DNA of 62,682 nt, counting the filler, from Stramenopiles sp. TOSAG23-2 (Eukaryota), in the NCBI GenBank assembly GCA_900128395.1. It is 7 parts of 7 records of this genome, joined end to end, with 100 filler letters (N's around TTAATTAATTAA, not from the genome) between each part and the next. Parts side by side here need not be neighbours in the genome. Positions count along the whole stretch, not along the records: positions 23,905 to 35,716 come from LT649896.1; positions 35,817 to 47,615 come from LT649897.1; 5 more parts are not named here. The stretch is one strand, 5' to 3'. A program made the position numbers and the translations under genes. Position 1 is the stretch's first letter; the number at the start of each line of letters is the position of its first letter. Positions 34,601 to 45,900 of the stretch are shown here, in pieces. The notes under the pieces were generated by a model. That model made no database searches, was not told the DNA's origin, and saw only the letters and a list, made by a program, of their open reading frames with translations.

Positions 34601-35145
34601 CCTTCCTCTGCACTTAATTTCCCAGAATTCTGTGCTTGTTGAAACTTTTCACGAACACGTTGCAATTTTGTATTCCAATCAACTCGTTCAAATTGATTAA
34701 AAAATGCAGCTATATCTGCAACAATTTCTTCCCGTGTACGGCTATTTGCAAAATCACCAACATCGCCACTACTACCTCGTCGTCTCAAACCTTTGCCATT
34801 TGGGCTAGAACCTCCACTATTTTTCCGTTGTATACCTTTCGAGCTTGCCGTCCAACGCGTCAATGCTTGGATGAATTCATCTAACGTAATTGACTCGTTT
34901 TTATCAGCATCAATTGCTTCTTGAACAAGCGCAACTTCTGCTCTAGTACATGGCTTACCTTTTCTTAAATTTTGCATTAATTGTTGTAACTCAGTCAACG
35001 AAATTGTACCACTACCATCAGTATCAACAATAGCAAATACACGTTTAAATTCTTCAAGTTCCTCCGTAGATACAGTATTTTTCAGCGCTTCTGCTTCTTG
35101 TTGTAATTCTTGAGCTGATCTTTGTACCGGTACATTTCCAATCAT
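31618..35145 (-). CDS. Large Ca2+-binding protein: EF-hand pair + ARM-like helical repeats + PB1-like + RGG + C-terminal EF-hands
   Basis: EF loops DTDGSGTISLTE, DADKNESITLDE, DADGGGSVDIKE, DFDDSGTLDPGE, DEDRSGDIDKNE; helical repeat core; GRGRGGGGYSRGGGGYGRGG. Confidence 0.8.
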   Translation of the reverse strand: MIGNVPVQRSAQELQQEAEALKNTVSTEELEEFKRVFAIVDTDGSGTISLTELQQLMQNLRKGKPCTRAEVALVQEAIDADKNESITLDEFIQALTRWTASSKGIQRKNSGGSSPNGKGLRRRGSSGDVGDFANSRTREEIVADIAAFFNQFERVDWNTKLQRVREKFQQAQNSGKLSAEEGFDSFWLMGREPKVVGPDQRIQFIESVRNEIAAGRLQQQVQNLRNGQTMDVRFHAINYLAQIMAILDVFPTPADRWDVAEVIFMLFKQVRDGDAVTAVLNNFLTLDANSGQFDPETVWKVQEIALDFLYLYLPGPRVAHTPVNNEWHTDRMATKKDALRAQIPGIGNTVQILMRLLTASSVMAASMFWRHNGISMVVKKCIQVLGAFAAHDEEARSALVDLGVLKLIIDSLNPRQDLGARSRGGMHPEVAAGLMWTLCILCGHTHAQPIWEMGGGPFKRLLDCGLWPRLIQVIQTCDPTGRNNHLPAILCKPLPPGTTGDAITSCITQAVTCCFIGITAIYPGVYENLQPQRLQIILTRALQYIQISAKVLEDSEDRGSGSGNNVAGLQKRSDLMRCVLSAMKCVEAILVSDEDRGAELLHNSNLPQLIEYMLESRAHGTLRKAAAELLTAVCRNSSLRTPILRQKGMVRLILQIMNNDSELQSRASNVLFQLSKKASLRELRDMVNMGLIEGLMSCVTKFKTQDEVTAQTLNYSGDTFNFVLVRNSLKMLSIVAKGGEEGSVNTSGTNGNEFLRKFNLGHIGNIEQLLNTIVQEVKTNSPQRWALAQGATGVEHSVEGQARNFLNVLVEMHQPRASQGDQFSSQIVQRVQPMVRTLDMLFQQSQMRSGPGGMAIDGMMAMGMNGQMMMGGMNGTGMGGQVMLGAQQIPVQVVWSVNGQRQRPQQIEGIPSNLPIMRLKKHLTMNSPGGDQITEVSYHDFSRNPPVWIECSTQDTLQNAVNGALSRRRPIEFLATVRSSGGRGRGGGGYSRGGGGYGRGGGGVEDLPLLMKNMRRNINATDLHRLWGVFKRAAVQNGVRGIQRREFVDILSREARADRRTGENLFNAMDADGGGSVDIKELAMAWSLMFSPRDRVDILFDAFDFDDSGTLDPGEVTQMIKMIDNTSFQDAQLMAQQLFQMVDEDRSGDIDKNEFFKGMTGIPQLQQLLMNFSMQ

Positions 35146-35716
35146 TTTCAAAAATATATAAATATCCAACGAACTATTTTAACTATAGGTATATGTGTGT
35201 GTGTGTGTATATATATATAAATATTTACGTTAAAAAAATACAAATTAAATATTCAAAATATATATTTTTCTTATTATGTATGATATTATAAATGAGCAGT
35301 AATGCCAGTTAATATATATATCAACCAAAAATGATATCAATTTCAATTCAGTATTATTATAAATTTTACGCGTTATAAATTATATATTTGCTTGTATTCT
35401 TTTCCATTATTTCAATTATTGATTCAATTTGATTTTTTGTAATTGCACAAAGATACTACATTAGAGTATTATATATATATATATATTATTATAAACATAA
35501 TATTTTACCATCCATGATTTAGAATGATGGATTATAGGCTATTGGCTCTATACTTAAAATTATAATAATCCAAAATCCAAATAGCAATCCTGGCAATAAT
35601 CACGATTGCTCACCCGCAAAATTGGATCGTAGGCCATCCTGTGTCCATTGTAGATATATGCTAGCATAGTACTACGCTTAAAACCAATAGCATAGACACA
35701 GAGGGTGTTATTTTCA

Positions 35717-35816
35717 NNNNNNNNNNNNNNNNNNNNNNNNNNNNNNNNNNNNNNNNNNNNTTAATTAATTAANNNNNNNNNNNNNNNNNNNNNNNNNNNN
35801 NNNNNNNNNNNNNNNN
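35717..35816. other. Artificial contig linker
   Basis: N44-TTAATTAATTAA-N44. Confidence 0.99.
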
Positions 35817-36061
35817 GTATAGAGAGGGGAGAGTAAAAGTAAGGCATATGTTATAGAAATTGAAACAACAAAGAAAAACAAGTTGGATCAAACAATTGTC
35901 AATATTAATACGTCGTATACACGATGACAATGCGTTCAATATTATTAATAAATAGTACGTATATATCATTAAATATTTTTATATATATCCTTATTTCATG
36001 CAAAGGCAACGTTTCACTCTCTCTTTTGTGAAACAAAAAAAAAAGATTTTTACAATCCAAA

Positions 36062-37100
36062 TCATAATTTACTCCCATTGTCACTACTAATACCATCATG
36101 TCCTCGTCGTGGATTTCCTTTTGCATCACACATATTTTCATATTTCAACGTATCTTTCATATATTCTTCACGTGCAGCTTTATCATGCATCGCCATTGTT
36201 TCATATCGAATTGACATGGAGGTAGTTGATGGGCCCGCATAACATGCAATTGAATCACCATTACGCCACTTTGTTGTGCCATTGAACATTGCTATTACAA
36301 CTTCAGAAATTTCATCTGGATATATCAATGCTCGTCCATCAGGTGTTTTCACTGTATTTACTCTTGCAGCTAAACCAATGGCATTTCCAGTTTGCGTACT
36401 TTGAATTAATGGATTTAATATTGGAGTTTCAACAACACCAGGATTGACATTATAAACATGTATATTATTATTTTTGATATGTGCATTTGAACCACATCCA
36501 CGTGTATATCCATCCAACGCTGCTTTGGTTGACGAGTAAATAGCAGATGTTGTTGATGAAGTAACACTACTGGCAGATGATATGCTACTATTATTTACAA
36601 TGACTTTCCTTGGTTTAGTATTCTTCTTGTTGTTACTATCCCATCGTTTTAAACACTCTTCAATAATAAATATTGGAGCTAATACATTCACTTTAAACAT
36701 AAAAGAAGCAGAATCAAATAATTTTTGCATATCACTTTGATTTTGTTGTTCAACACCTGCATTGTTGAATACCATATCAATATCACCATATTCATTAAAT
36801 ATGGAATGTATCATTGTTTTGATATCTTCTTGATTTTGTATATCCACTTTCATGAATTTACTTTTATTATTATTACTATTATTCTGATCATGTTGATGTA
36901 ATAATTCAACTACTTCATTTCCACGTAAATTTATTATTCTGATCATGTTGATGTAATAATTCAACTACTTCATTTCCACGTAAATTATTTCTACCAACAA
37001 TTATAACAATTCCACCTTCTTTGCAACAAGCTATCGCTGCACTTTTTCCAATACCACTTGTTCCACCTGTTATTAAAACAATTTTACCTTGTAACGACAT
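36062..37100 (-). CDS. Short-chain dehydrogenase/reductase with PTS1 (SKL), frame broken by a 55-bp tandem duplication
   Basis: TGGTSGIG, NNAG, YSSTK, VNPG; removing one copy of 36877-36986 gives an intact 984-nt ORF ending SKL. Confidence 0.9.
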
Positions 37101-37402
37101 AATGCGTATTGTATTTCTTTTATACGTATATATATACTTCCCAAGACTTATTTTTTCATTTTTTTTCTCCATCACATTAAGAATAAGAAGGTATTTATAT
37201 TTTTATCTACTATACTATATAATAACGTGTTGTTATTGTATAATTTAAATTGTGTCGGATGGGTTAGAGTTAGAGTGAGCTGGTGGTGAGTATAGTATAG
37301 TATATTTATATATAGTATATATATATATATAGTATTATATATTAAAATTATATTAATGATAAAATACGGCAAAAGCTCGAAATAAGGAGGAAGTAATTGC
37401 AA

Positions 37403-38080
37403 TCATTTTGGGTGGCCGGCGGTTTTTGTTTCTTGTGTTTCATATGTTTCAATAAATCTACGACCATAATCTTCTGTGAAATCATTATGTACGCTTTGAA
37501 TTGGGCCAACAGCAACATTAAAGACTTTGGCTAAAGGGTTCGTCTGCCCAGATTGTCGAAACAGTGAGTTACCACAAAACGTATATGCTGCACCAGTAGC
37601 TTTTTTAACTACTTCTTCAATTTCATTTAAATATTTTGCATTACGTTCCTCTTGATCTTCCCAATTTACAACACTTGAAGGGTGTTTAGCCAAGATAAAA
37701 CCATTTGTATTTAATGACGGATTTGTTAATAAACGTGCATTATTTACATCTTTCTTTTTAGTAACAGTTATTACAGCATTTCGTTTCTCTCTACTAATAA
37801 TAGCATTTTTTAAATCATCAATAGCATTTGGGACTTGAGCAAACATGGACATAAATAATTTAAATCCATTTGGTGAACGGACTGCATTTTCTGTCGAAGC
37901 AGCTGCATCTTGTTCTTTTTTCCTCCGTTGTTGAATGAGCTGTATTACTTTTGGTTGATATTTAGCCAATACTTCTTGTACAACATCTTTTTCCATGTTA
38001 TATTTTTTCTCTGTTTCAGTGGGATTTAATAATAATTCCCGAAAAGCTGGAGAGCGATAATTAAATAAACCAGTCGTCAT
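37403..38080 (-). pseudogene. 3'-truncated CmcJ/NvfI/AsaB-family oxidoreductase-like gene
   Basis: NARLL..SLNTNGFIL.KH, YLNEIEEVVKKATGA, VHNDFT; the ORF ends inside a 55-bp repeat and lacks the C-terminal half typical of the family. Confidence 0.6.
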
Positions 38081-38285
38081 TCTTTTTTTTAAGAAAAATA
38101 AATTTCAAATGATGATATGTTTGTACAAACGAATTTAATATACTTTAAAATATAACCTATAAGATTGTTCTTTTTAAAAATTCGTACATATATTTTGTTT
38201 TACACATGAAATTGTGCAATTATATAAATATAATTTAATTTACGCATGAAATTATAAATATATACTTCGTCCTATAATAATATAA

Positions 38286-38350
38286 CGACACCGGCAAAAG
38301 CTCGAAATAAGGAGGAAGTAATTGCAATCATTTTGGGTGGCCGGCGTCGT
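38286..38350. repeat. 65-bp mini-element with terminal inverted repeats; 55-bp core also at 37367-37421
   Basis: ACGACACCGGC...GCCGGCGTCGT termini (1 mismatch); core identical in both places. Confidence 0.75.
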
Positions 38351-38903
38351 ATATTAATTTTATATTGTTATTCATATAAAATACTTGTTCTAATTTCTTT
38401 TAGCTGTGTTCTACATCGTCTGGTATCCTTAAATATTAAAAATACACTATTCACTATTAAATAATTGTTATACTTAAAATTACAACATCTCCCATCAGTT
38501 TTTGTTTTGTCAATTTTAATTTAAATTTGTTGCTATTGCGGCTTTCAATAATATAAATATTAGATCTTTGTTCTACGTTTTTTGTACATCTCCTTAAATA
38601 AAAAATAACACTATTTATAATTAACATTTTGTTTGTTACGTTTAGTATACGCTTACCACCGGTAGAGCTACCAAATCGTCGTCAGTTTAAGCACTTTAAG
38701 TTCATTTTTTTTTATTGATAAAAAAATTGAATAAACACAACCAAAACAATATTAACTAAAAAAGAAATGATTATTTTAAATATATAAATTGTATGAGACG
38801 AAAGACAATATACAGATACATACAGGAAATTATATACATTGCACATATATATATATTATATATAGTAGATATTGATTGATATACATTTTCTTAGGTATTT
38901 ATC

Positions 38904-39368
38904 ATGGCGGGATTGCCAAGGCGTATTATAAAAGAGACACAACGGTTGCAAAAAGAACCAGTAGCAGGAATTAGTTGTGCACCGTATGAAGATAATTTGA
39001 GATATTTTCGTGTAGTTTTACAAGGTCCCCAAGACACACCATATCAAGGTGGCCTATTTTCACTTGAAATGTTTTTACCAGCGGAATACCCAATGGTACC
39101 ACCAAAAGTTCGTTTTTTAACTAAAATTTACCACCCAAATATTGATAAGTTAGGTAGAATATGTCTTGATATATTAAAAGGTAAATGGTCACCAGCGTTA
39201 CAAATGCGTACTGTACTTTTAAGCATCCAAGCACTTTTGTCAGCACCTAATCCAGATGACCCTCTAGATACAAACGTTGCTGATCATTGGAAAACAAATG
39301 AAAAAAGTGCAATGGAAAATGCAAGGCAATGGACAGCAAAATATGCTACAGGTGGTAGTGGAAAATAA
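38904..39368 (+). CDS. UBC13: Ubiquitin-conjugating enzyme E2 N (Ubc13)
   Basis: [54 protein letters not shown]. Confidence 0.98.
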   Translation: MAGLPRRIIKETQRLQKEPVAGISCAPYEDNLRYFRVVLQGPQDTPYQGGLFSLEMFLPAEYPMVPPKVRFLTKIYHPNIDKLGRICLDILKGKWSPALQMRTVLLSIQALLSAPNPDDPLDTNVADHWKTNEKSAMENARQWTAKYATGGSGK

Positions 39369-39613
39369 GAAACAAGAAGCCCTGTACATGTAATATACAA
39401 ACATATATTATATATATATTTTTATAAAATATACATATATATATATAAAATTTAAACGAGAGTGAATTAATAATTGAATATAAAAAGTGACAAAATTAAA
39501 AATAAAAAAAAAAAATATTTTTATCTTTGAGATATGATGTGTAACATTTTTAACACGCACACACACACACACACAAATATTTACACACACGAAAACACAT
39601 ATATTCCTTCCCA

Positions 39614-41419
39614 TTACGCACGTTTAATTCCAACACCTTCACGTCTTAATCCCCAAAATCGTTGTGGTCTTAAATCTTTTGATGTTGCATCAAATTTCCA
39701 ACCTAAATGATTTCCACAAATATTACAACTTAAAATAGTCCATGCAAATCCAGGAAACCATGAATCTTTTGTTGTTGGTTCCCCATGATAATTTACAAGA
39801 CTCCTTCTTAATTCACTTGTTTCAGAAAGGCCAAGTAATTGAGCAAGTCGATTGCGCCACATACGAATACGAGTTGTTCGATTATTATTACTGTTTCTAG
39901 TTCTTTCACCTTGTGCTTCTCCTTCATTTGTATTACCATCATTATCATCCTCATTGCCATCATCAAATGATACTTCTTCTTCATTTAAATCTTTGACTGT
40001 AATAATTTGGTGTATATACCCAGCTGGATTTACATATGCTGCGCAAACACCTTCTTCCGACATACTAAATATAGACGAGACATTTGTTAAATAACTTGTT
40101 AATGATTGACATCGATTACAAGCAAGCCTATCAATTTTCATATTGTATAAAAATGATTCGATAATATTTAATCGTTCAATACATGATGGAGATTTTAATA
40201 TATCAATTTTCATTGTAGTTGGTAATGGCAAATTGCCACTTAATCGCCAGATTATATTTTCTGTAGACATTTTTTTCATTATATCATGATCCACCAATGC
40301 CACCGTCGTGGTAGAAGAAGAAGAATCTACTAACTCTACATCCATTTTTTCTTCGTCATCTGCATAGTTATTATTAATAATTTTTCTATTTAACACGTTA
40401 TCAATTAAATGATTCATTCCTCTTTCTTTTAATAATTCATATATGTTCTTTAATTTTAATTTACTATCATATATTTTCCATGCAAACTCAGGTACGCGTG
40501 TTATATATTTTGTTTTCAAAGGTCTGTTAACACATGTTTGGTTTGGTAATATCTTTCCACAGATCAATGCAAATCGATTTGTATCATTACTTGAACCTTG
40601 CAAGATATCATTTAGAAAGACGCTTGCTTTTATTAGAATACGATGATTACTTGCACGAGCTATTATATTGACTTGATTTGTAGTACCGTTATCATTATTT
40701 ACAACTGCATCATTGTCCTCCGCATTACTTCTGCCCGTTTCAACTAAACCACTGCTATATACATTTGCAATTACTCCAACCATATTATTATAATGGATTG
40801 AGCAATGTACAAAACATCTTGAAAGATTACGCACAATATACCCAGCTGGAGGAAAATGTTCATCCCTATATTCTTCACTTTGTAAGACATCCAATATTCG
40901 TCTTGGTTTTAATATTTCTTTTTCCTTCCATTCCAATATTTCTTTCATTATGACATGTTCAGTATTACTAGATGAACAAAATGGCATTTGATCACCAGGA
41001 AATAGAACAACATCTCGTAAAAATAACATAGGTAAAATAACATATTGATTGGGTTGCAATTGTTTTGTAGAAAAAATAGTTTCGGATATATTATTTTGAT
41101 TTTGCTCTTCTAAATGCAAATATGAATGTGCTGATGATAATGAGGTCTCATACGATGTGGGCGTTATTGTATTGCCATTCAATTCTCCATCTTTTTCTTC
41201 ATCTGCCTCATCTGTTTCTTCAGCTTCTGTAGTTTCATCATTTTCTTCTTCATCATCATTAAGTGCTATTTCTATATTTTCAATTGTAGTTGCGTCATTA
41301 TTATTATTGTTGTTGAGATTGTCGTCTTCCTCAGCAGCCACGATTATCGTATTATTATTATTTCTTAAATTATTTACATTGCTATTTGCAATACTTTCCT
41401 CTTCCATATTGTTTTCCAT
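39614..41419 (-). CDS. CRBN: Cereblon (LON N-terminal-like + CULT domain)
   Basis: VVLFPGDQMP, CxxC (CNRC), AYVNPAGYIHQIITV, SWFPGFAWTILSCNICGNHLGWKF, FWGL. Confidence 0.93.
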   Translation of the reverse strand: MENNMEEESIANSNVNNLRNNNNTIIVAAEEDDNLNNNNNNDATTIENIEIALNDDEEENDETTEAEETDEADEEKDGELNGNTITPTSYETSLSSAHSYLHLEEQNQNNISETIFSTKQLQPNQYVILPMLFLRDVVLFPGDQMPFCSSSNTEHVIMKEILEWKEKEILKPRRILDVLQSEEYRDEHFPPAGYIVRNLSRCFVHCSIHYNNMVGVIANVYSSGLVETGRSNAEDNDAVVNNDNGTTNQVNIIARASNHRILIKASVFLNDILQGSSNDTNRFALICGKILPNQTCVNRPLKTKYITRVPEFAWKIYDSKLKLKNIYELLKERGMNHLIDNVLNRKIINNNYADDEEKMDVELVDSSSSTTTVALVDHDIMKKMSTENIIWRLSGNLPLPTTMKIDILKSPSCIERLNIIESFLYNMKIDRLACNRCQSLTSYLTNVSSIFSMSEEGVCAAYVNPAGYIHQIITVKDLNEEEVSFDDGNEDDNDGNTNEGEAQGERTRNSNNNRTTRIRMWRNRLAQLLGLSETSELRRSLVNYHGEPTTKDSWFPGFAWTILSCNICGNHLGWKFDATSKDLRPQRFWGLRREGVGIKRA

Positions 41420-41720
41420 ATTTACAAATACTTTGTTTTTAAAACTTTTTTTTTCTTCTATCTTTTCTAATAATAATATTTGTATTTTTTTAGTTATAAG
41501 AGCTTTTTTTTATATTTTATTTGATTGAATTTGATGGATTAAATTTGTTATTTGTGCGTAATAAAAACAATAATAATAATTATATTAGGTGCTTAGTGAA
41601 AGGAAATATATATATATATATATATACGTTTATGTAAATATAAAACAAATTATCAAATACATTATTGAAATACTTTACTTCCCTTCTATTATTAAATTAA
41701 AATAAATAATACGTGACAAA

Positions 41721-42701
41721 ATGCATCAAACATTCATCATGTTGTGGTTGATGGTTGCATTTTTATTATCATCAACTTCAAATCTCCACCAAGTATTTGC
41801 AGCAACAGTATCATCTTCTTTGCCAAAACCACATCAAGGATTAAAAGCATTATTATTTTATACATGTGTAACACATGAAGTATTAAATCAATGCAACGAA
41901 TCTTTTACCATGGACCAAAGTGAAAGTGCTAATCTAGGATTTACATCGAATTTAACTACAGTTGATGAAGGTTTCAAAGTTGGCATAAAATCTTTATATG
42001 CAGTTCATGATATCTTTTTTGACAATGAGAAACATACACTCCGTACAAATTGGAAAGCTGTTTGGAGTAGCACACAACAAATATTAAAATCATATATAGA
42101 TGATGGAAAAATTATAGGGTTTTTTATAGGTGATGAATTGTTTCCAGGAAAAATACCTTTGCAAGATTTTTTAACTGCTTTAAAAGCAGTTGACGCGTTC
42201 AAGCAAGAATTTGCAGATAAAAAATTAATCACTTGGGAAAATGAAGGAGGAACAAATTGGGTGGAGTTTGTAAATAAAGAATTGCATGGAAAATTACCAG
42301 CTGAACTTGATATTTTTTCAATTGATGATTACAGTATGAATGCTAGTCAACACAAACATTTTCATGAAACCGTAATATACCCAATGTTACATCCACATCA
42401 AAAAATATATTTAGTACCAGGTTCCTATGCTACACGTGCGCCTGTAAACATTTCCAAATCAGAATGGTGTTGTTATGGCAGCAAATTTTCAGATTGTGAC
42501 TCGTGTATGGTTGAAAGAATTGAACGATTTTATAATTGGGCTGCCAAAGATGCACGTGTTATAGGTTTCGCACCATGGCATTGGGATAGTAGAGATATTG
42601 ATGAAGTTACGCCATATAAAGAAGTTGGTACAGTGGATATGCCAGCAACAAGAAAATTATGGATCGAAATTTCAAAGTTAATGCAAGAGGGAGGAAAATA
42701 A
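41721..42701 (+). CDS. Secreted protein, probable glycoside-hydrolase-like TIM barrel
   Basis: Signal peptide; GFFIGDEL, DIFSIDDY, LVPGSY and GFAPWHW strand motifs. Confidence 0.55.
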   Translation: MHQTFIMLWLMVAFLLSSTSNLHQVFAATVSSSLPKPHQGLKALLFYTCVTHEVLNQCNESFTMDQSESANLGFTSNLTTVDEGFKVGIKSLYAVHDIFFDNEKHTLRTNWKAVWSSTQQILKSYIDDGKIIGFFIGDELFPGKIPLQDFLTALKAVDAFKQEFADKKLITWENEGGTNWVEFVNKELHGKLPAELDIFSIDDYSMNASQHKHFHETVIYPMLHPHQKIYLVPGSYATRAPVNISKSEWCCYGSKFSDCDSCMVERIERFYNWAAKDARVIGFAPWHWDSRDIDEVTPYKEVGTVDMPATRKLWIEISKLMQEGGK

Positions 42702-42900
42702 ATAAAATAATATATGATAACCATTTTTATTAATTATTTTTAAATCTAGATATAAAATTGAATGTAAAATATAAAATTACGTGTTCGTGTAATAATATTT
42801 AGTCTATAATACGAATATAAAATGTTCTCTTACTCATATATTATATAATAAATAATGATGTATATGATATATTATATATAATATATCTAGATATTTTATT

Positions 42901-45900
42901 TCACAACAGCGTTCTATCCACTTTTACACAAAATAAATCTGTTTTTTCATTTAAATTCTTGGTTGGGTCCTCTAAACTACCTGTTCGTCCCATTGCATAT
43001 ACATAATCACCACATACAGCTAATGAATTGACATATATTGGAAATGTACCATCTTCAAAATAGATTGGACCATGATCGCAATATTTTTTATCTTTCAAAT
43101 TATATGTAACTAAGTGCAAATTTTCTAAACCTTTTGCTTCGCCTTTTTTGGTATCTTTACCTTTGATTGTTTCACCAGTACCAAGTACAATTGGGCCCCC
43201 AGTTAAATAATAAATTATATTGTCCACACAAGTAAACCCCAAGTAACCGTATGAAAATAAATCAAACATACCGCTACGCTGTGAAGGTAGAGATGTTAAT
43301 CTAGTGATTATATTCAACTCATCATTCATTTTTGTGCCACCAAATGTTGATGCAGGATAAAATGCAAACAAATATCCACTATTTCCATGTACACCTAAAA
43401 CACAATTATTTGTTGCATTCCAACATACTTGGCGCCAATTGTAGCTCATTGAACCAGGCTTTGTATGGTCATATGTACCAAAATAATCCCTTTTCATCCC
43501 ACCTTCAAACGAAACGCTTACTGTTTTATTTGTATAATCATATTTTAAAATATCACCTTTGGCATTTGTAAAATAAACATTGCCATCAATTGGTGATACA
43601 ACCATGGATCTACAAATACAACGATAATTGCCAGTACGTGGATGTTGGCTTTCACCTTCCCCTCTGCCATCGTAATCATATTTTACAGGGGCATCATAGG
43701 TATATGTAATTAATCCATGATCATCCTCTCTTATAGCATTTACCATTACAAAATAACCAGATGGCCATGTCAAACCATATAAATTACCACTGTTTGAGCA
43801 TCTTGCAAAAGTTAATAATCCTTCCCCATCTTGTAATCTCGCTATATTTTCATATGTTTGGGATATTGGATCATATGCTAAAAAACATCCACCATTATAC
43901 TTTTTATAACCATCTGGTAAACCGGATGATATTGGTAATGTTTCCATTCCATCAACAAACGTATAAAAACCCACATGGGTACCAAAATATAATTTTTTCG
44001 TTTCAACATCTTCAAAAAATGGTACATGTGATTTTCCTTGTGCAATCGTCGAACCATCATCATCTCCACATGCATTTGTGAGATCACCGATGTATTGTGG
44101 CTTTGGTAATAACATGTTATTGTTGTTGGTAACATTATGGTTTAACCCAACTGCATCTATAGAATACATTTTTGCACCAATATTATGATATACACTACAT
44201 AATACATAATAAATTTTATTTCTATCTGCATTTGTTCCTATCCCATTATATGAATCATGAGCTTGAGTAAAATTAGAATCAAATTTAATTGCTTTTAAAC
44301 GAGAATTGCATGCGTCTAATGATTGTTTTGTTGCATTTAAAATATAATCTTCTGCCTCCTGTGATATACGTTGAAATTTACCATATACTCGAAATGCATT
44401 ACAAACTTCATATCCACCATAAGGATATTCTGCTTTTGTTGGAAAATATCCATGGCATCCATTTGCATATCCAACACAAATAGTATTTTGAAATGGTGAA
44501 AATGTTTTGATTTTCAATTCATATTCAGAAAACATTTCACCGGGTAAAAACACCAATGCTAGGTTTTTACCTAATGTTATTGTGTTTACATTAAATTGCA
44601 TAGTTGATTGTTTCATATTATCATTTACCCGTTCTTGCACACGTTTTACTAACTCTAATGAATATTCACAACAACTTACTGGTGCACGTAGAACATCTTC
44701 TATAGTAGGTAGTGATTCCTCGTATTCTCGTTTTCTTTCTTTTTCTTTTTTATCATCGTCATTATTATGCTCGCTTGTGCTTGATGTGCCAGCGTTTGCA
44801 ATTGTTGTCGTACTTGTTGTTGTCGTCGTAGTCGTAGTAGTTGATATTGCTGTTGGTTTAGGCGTATGCAAATATTTGTTTTGTTGATGAAATGTTTTCT
44901 CTGCTTCTTGAACCCATTCATTTTGTTGATTTGCAAACTTTAAAGCTTCTTCTTTAGTTGGAAGCGGTTCTAATGGAAGGTTTAATGTCATTGACATGCA
45001 TTTAATATATGGTTGAATTTCGTCGTAATTGCTATTATGATACCCTTGCTGCCTGGTCTTATTAATTGCTTCTACCAACCTTTTTCCAAGCGCTTCCCCA
45101 ATTTTTCGTGCGCCATGATAACCACTTCGATGATCAATTGGATTAATATCTCCGCAACAACCGTTTAAATACATAGTAACTGGTTCATTTTTGTATTGAC
45201 TTGATATATATTGGCATAAATGACCACAATAATCGGCACTTTCCAGAGTCTTTTTCCCAACACATGTTGGATGCATCGAATATGTAACAATTATACCATG
45301 TAATGTTTTCGGTAATTCTACCCAACTGCTGCCATGCAATGCAGCATATGTACTATACGTTTCGAAAACCAATGCTTCTGCATATGGTATAATCGGGCCC
45401 TCAAGTCGCTGTCCAAGTATCGTTTTGCCGCTTATTTCAAACCATTTTAAATTTGGATTTATATTATTATTATTATTATCGTTATTACATCGTTGTCGCC
45501 TGTTAATGGCAATATCTTCAAAATCACGCGTTTTTATATAATATATGCGACAATATTCACGATTCTTTATCGCATCATTCACCGTTAGTACAATGGTTTC
45601 AATTAGTTCTAACATATATTTATCAGTTGCATGCCCCATACCAATGAAATATTGATTTGTCTGAGGGCCTGTATGCGTATGTGTACAAGAAACTACTATT
45701 CGGTCTTCGTAAGCAAATGATGAAGGCCAATTTAATGCAATAGCAATTTCTTTTTGGCATTTCTTTGCAAACTTAGCTGATGTACCAATTAAATCCAATG
45801 AAATCAATATGATTGGCATGTCATTATACGAGGGAGGCAAATTTTCTTTTGTTATTTTCTCTACTGCTCCTGGAACTTTAGTTTCGTAAATATATGTTGC

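Noticed and set aside
37383-37390. Shine-Dalgarno-like TAAGGAGG in the 55-bp repeat
   Set aside because: Eukaryotic context and no ORF start at a suitable spacing.
4817-41419. Ubiquitin-system gene cluster (USP32, RNF32, RING, UBC13, CRBN)
   Set aside because: The genes lie on three unrelated contigs apparently ordered by length, and such genes are abundant in eukaryotes.
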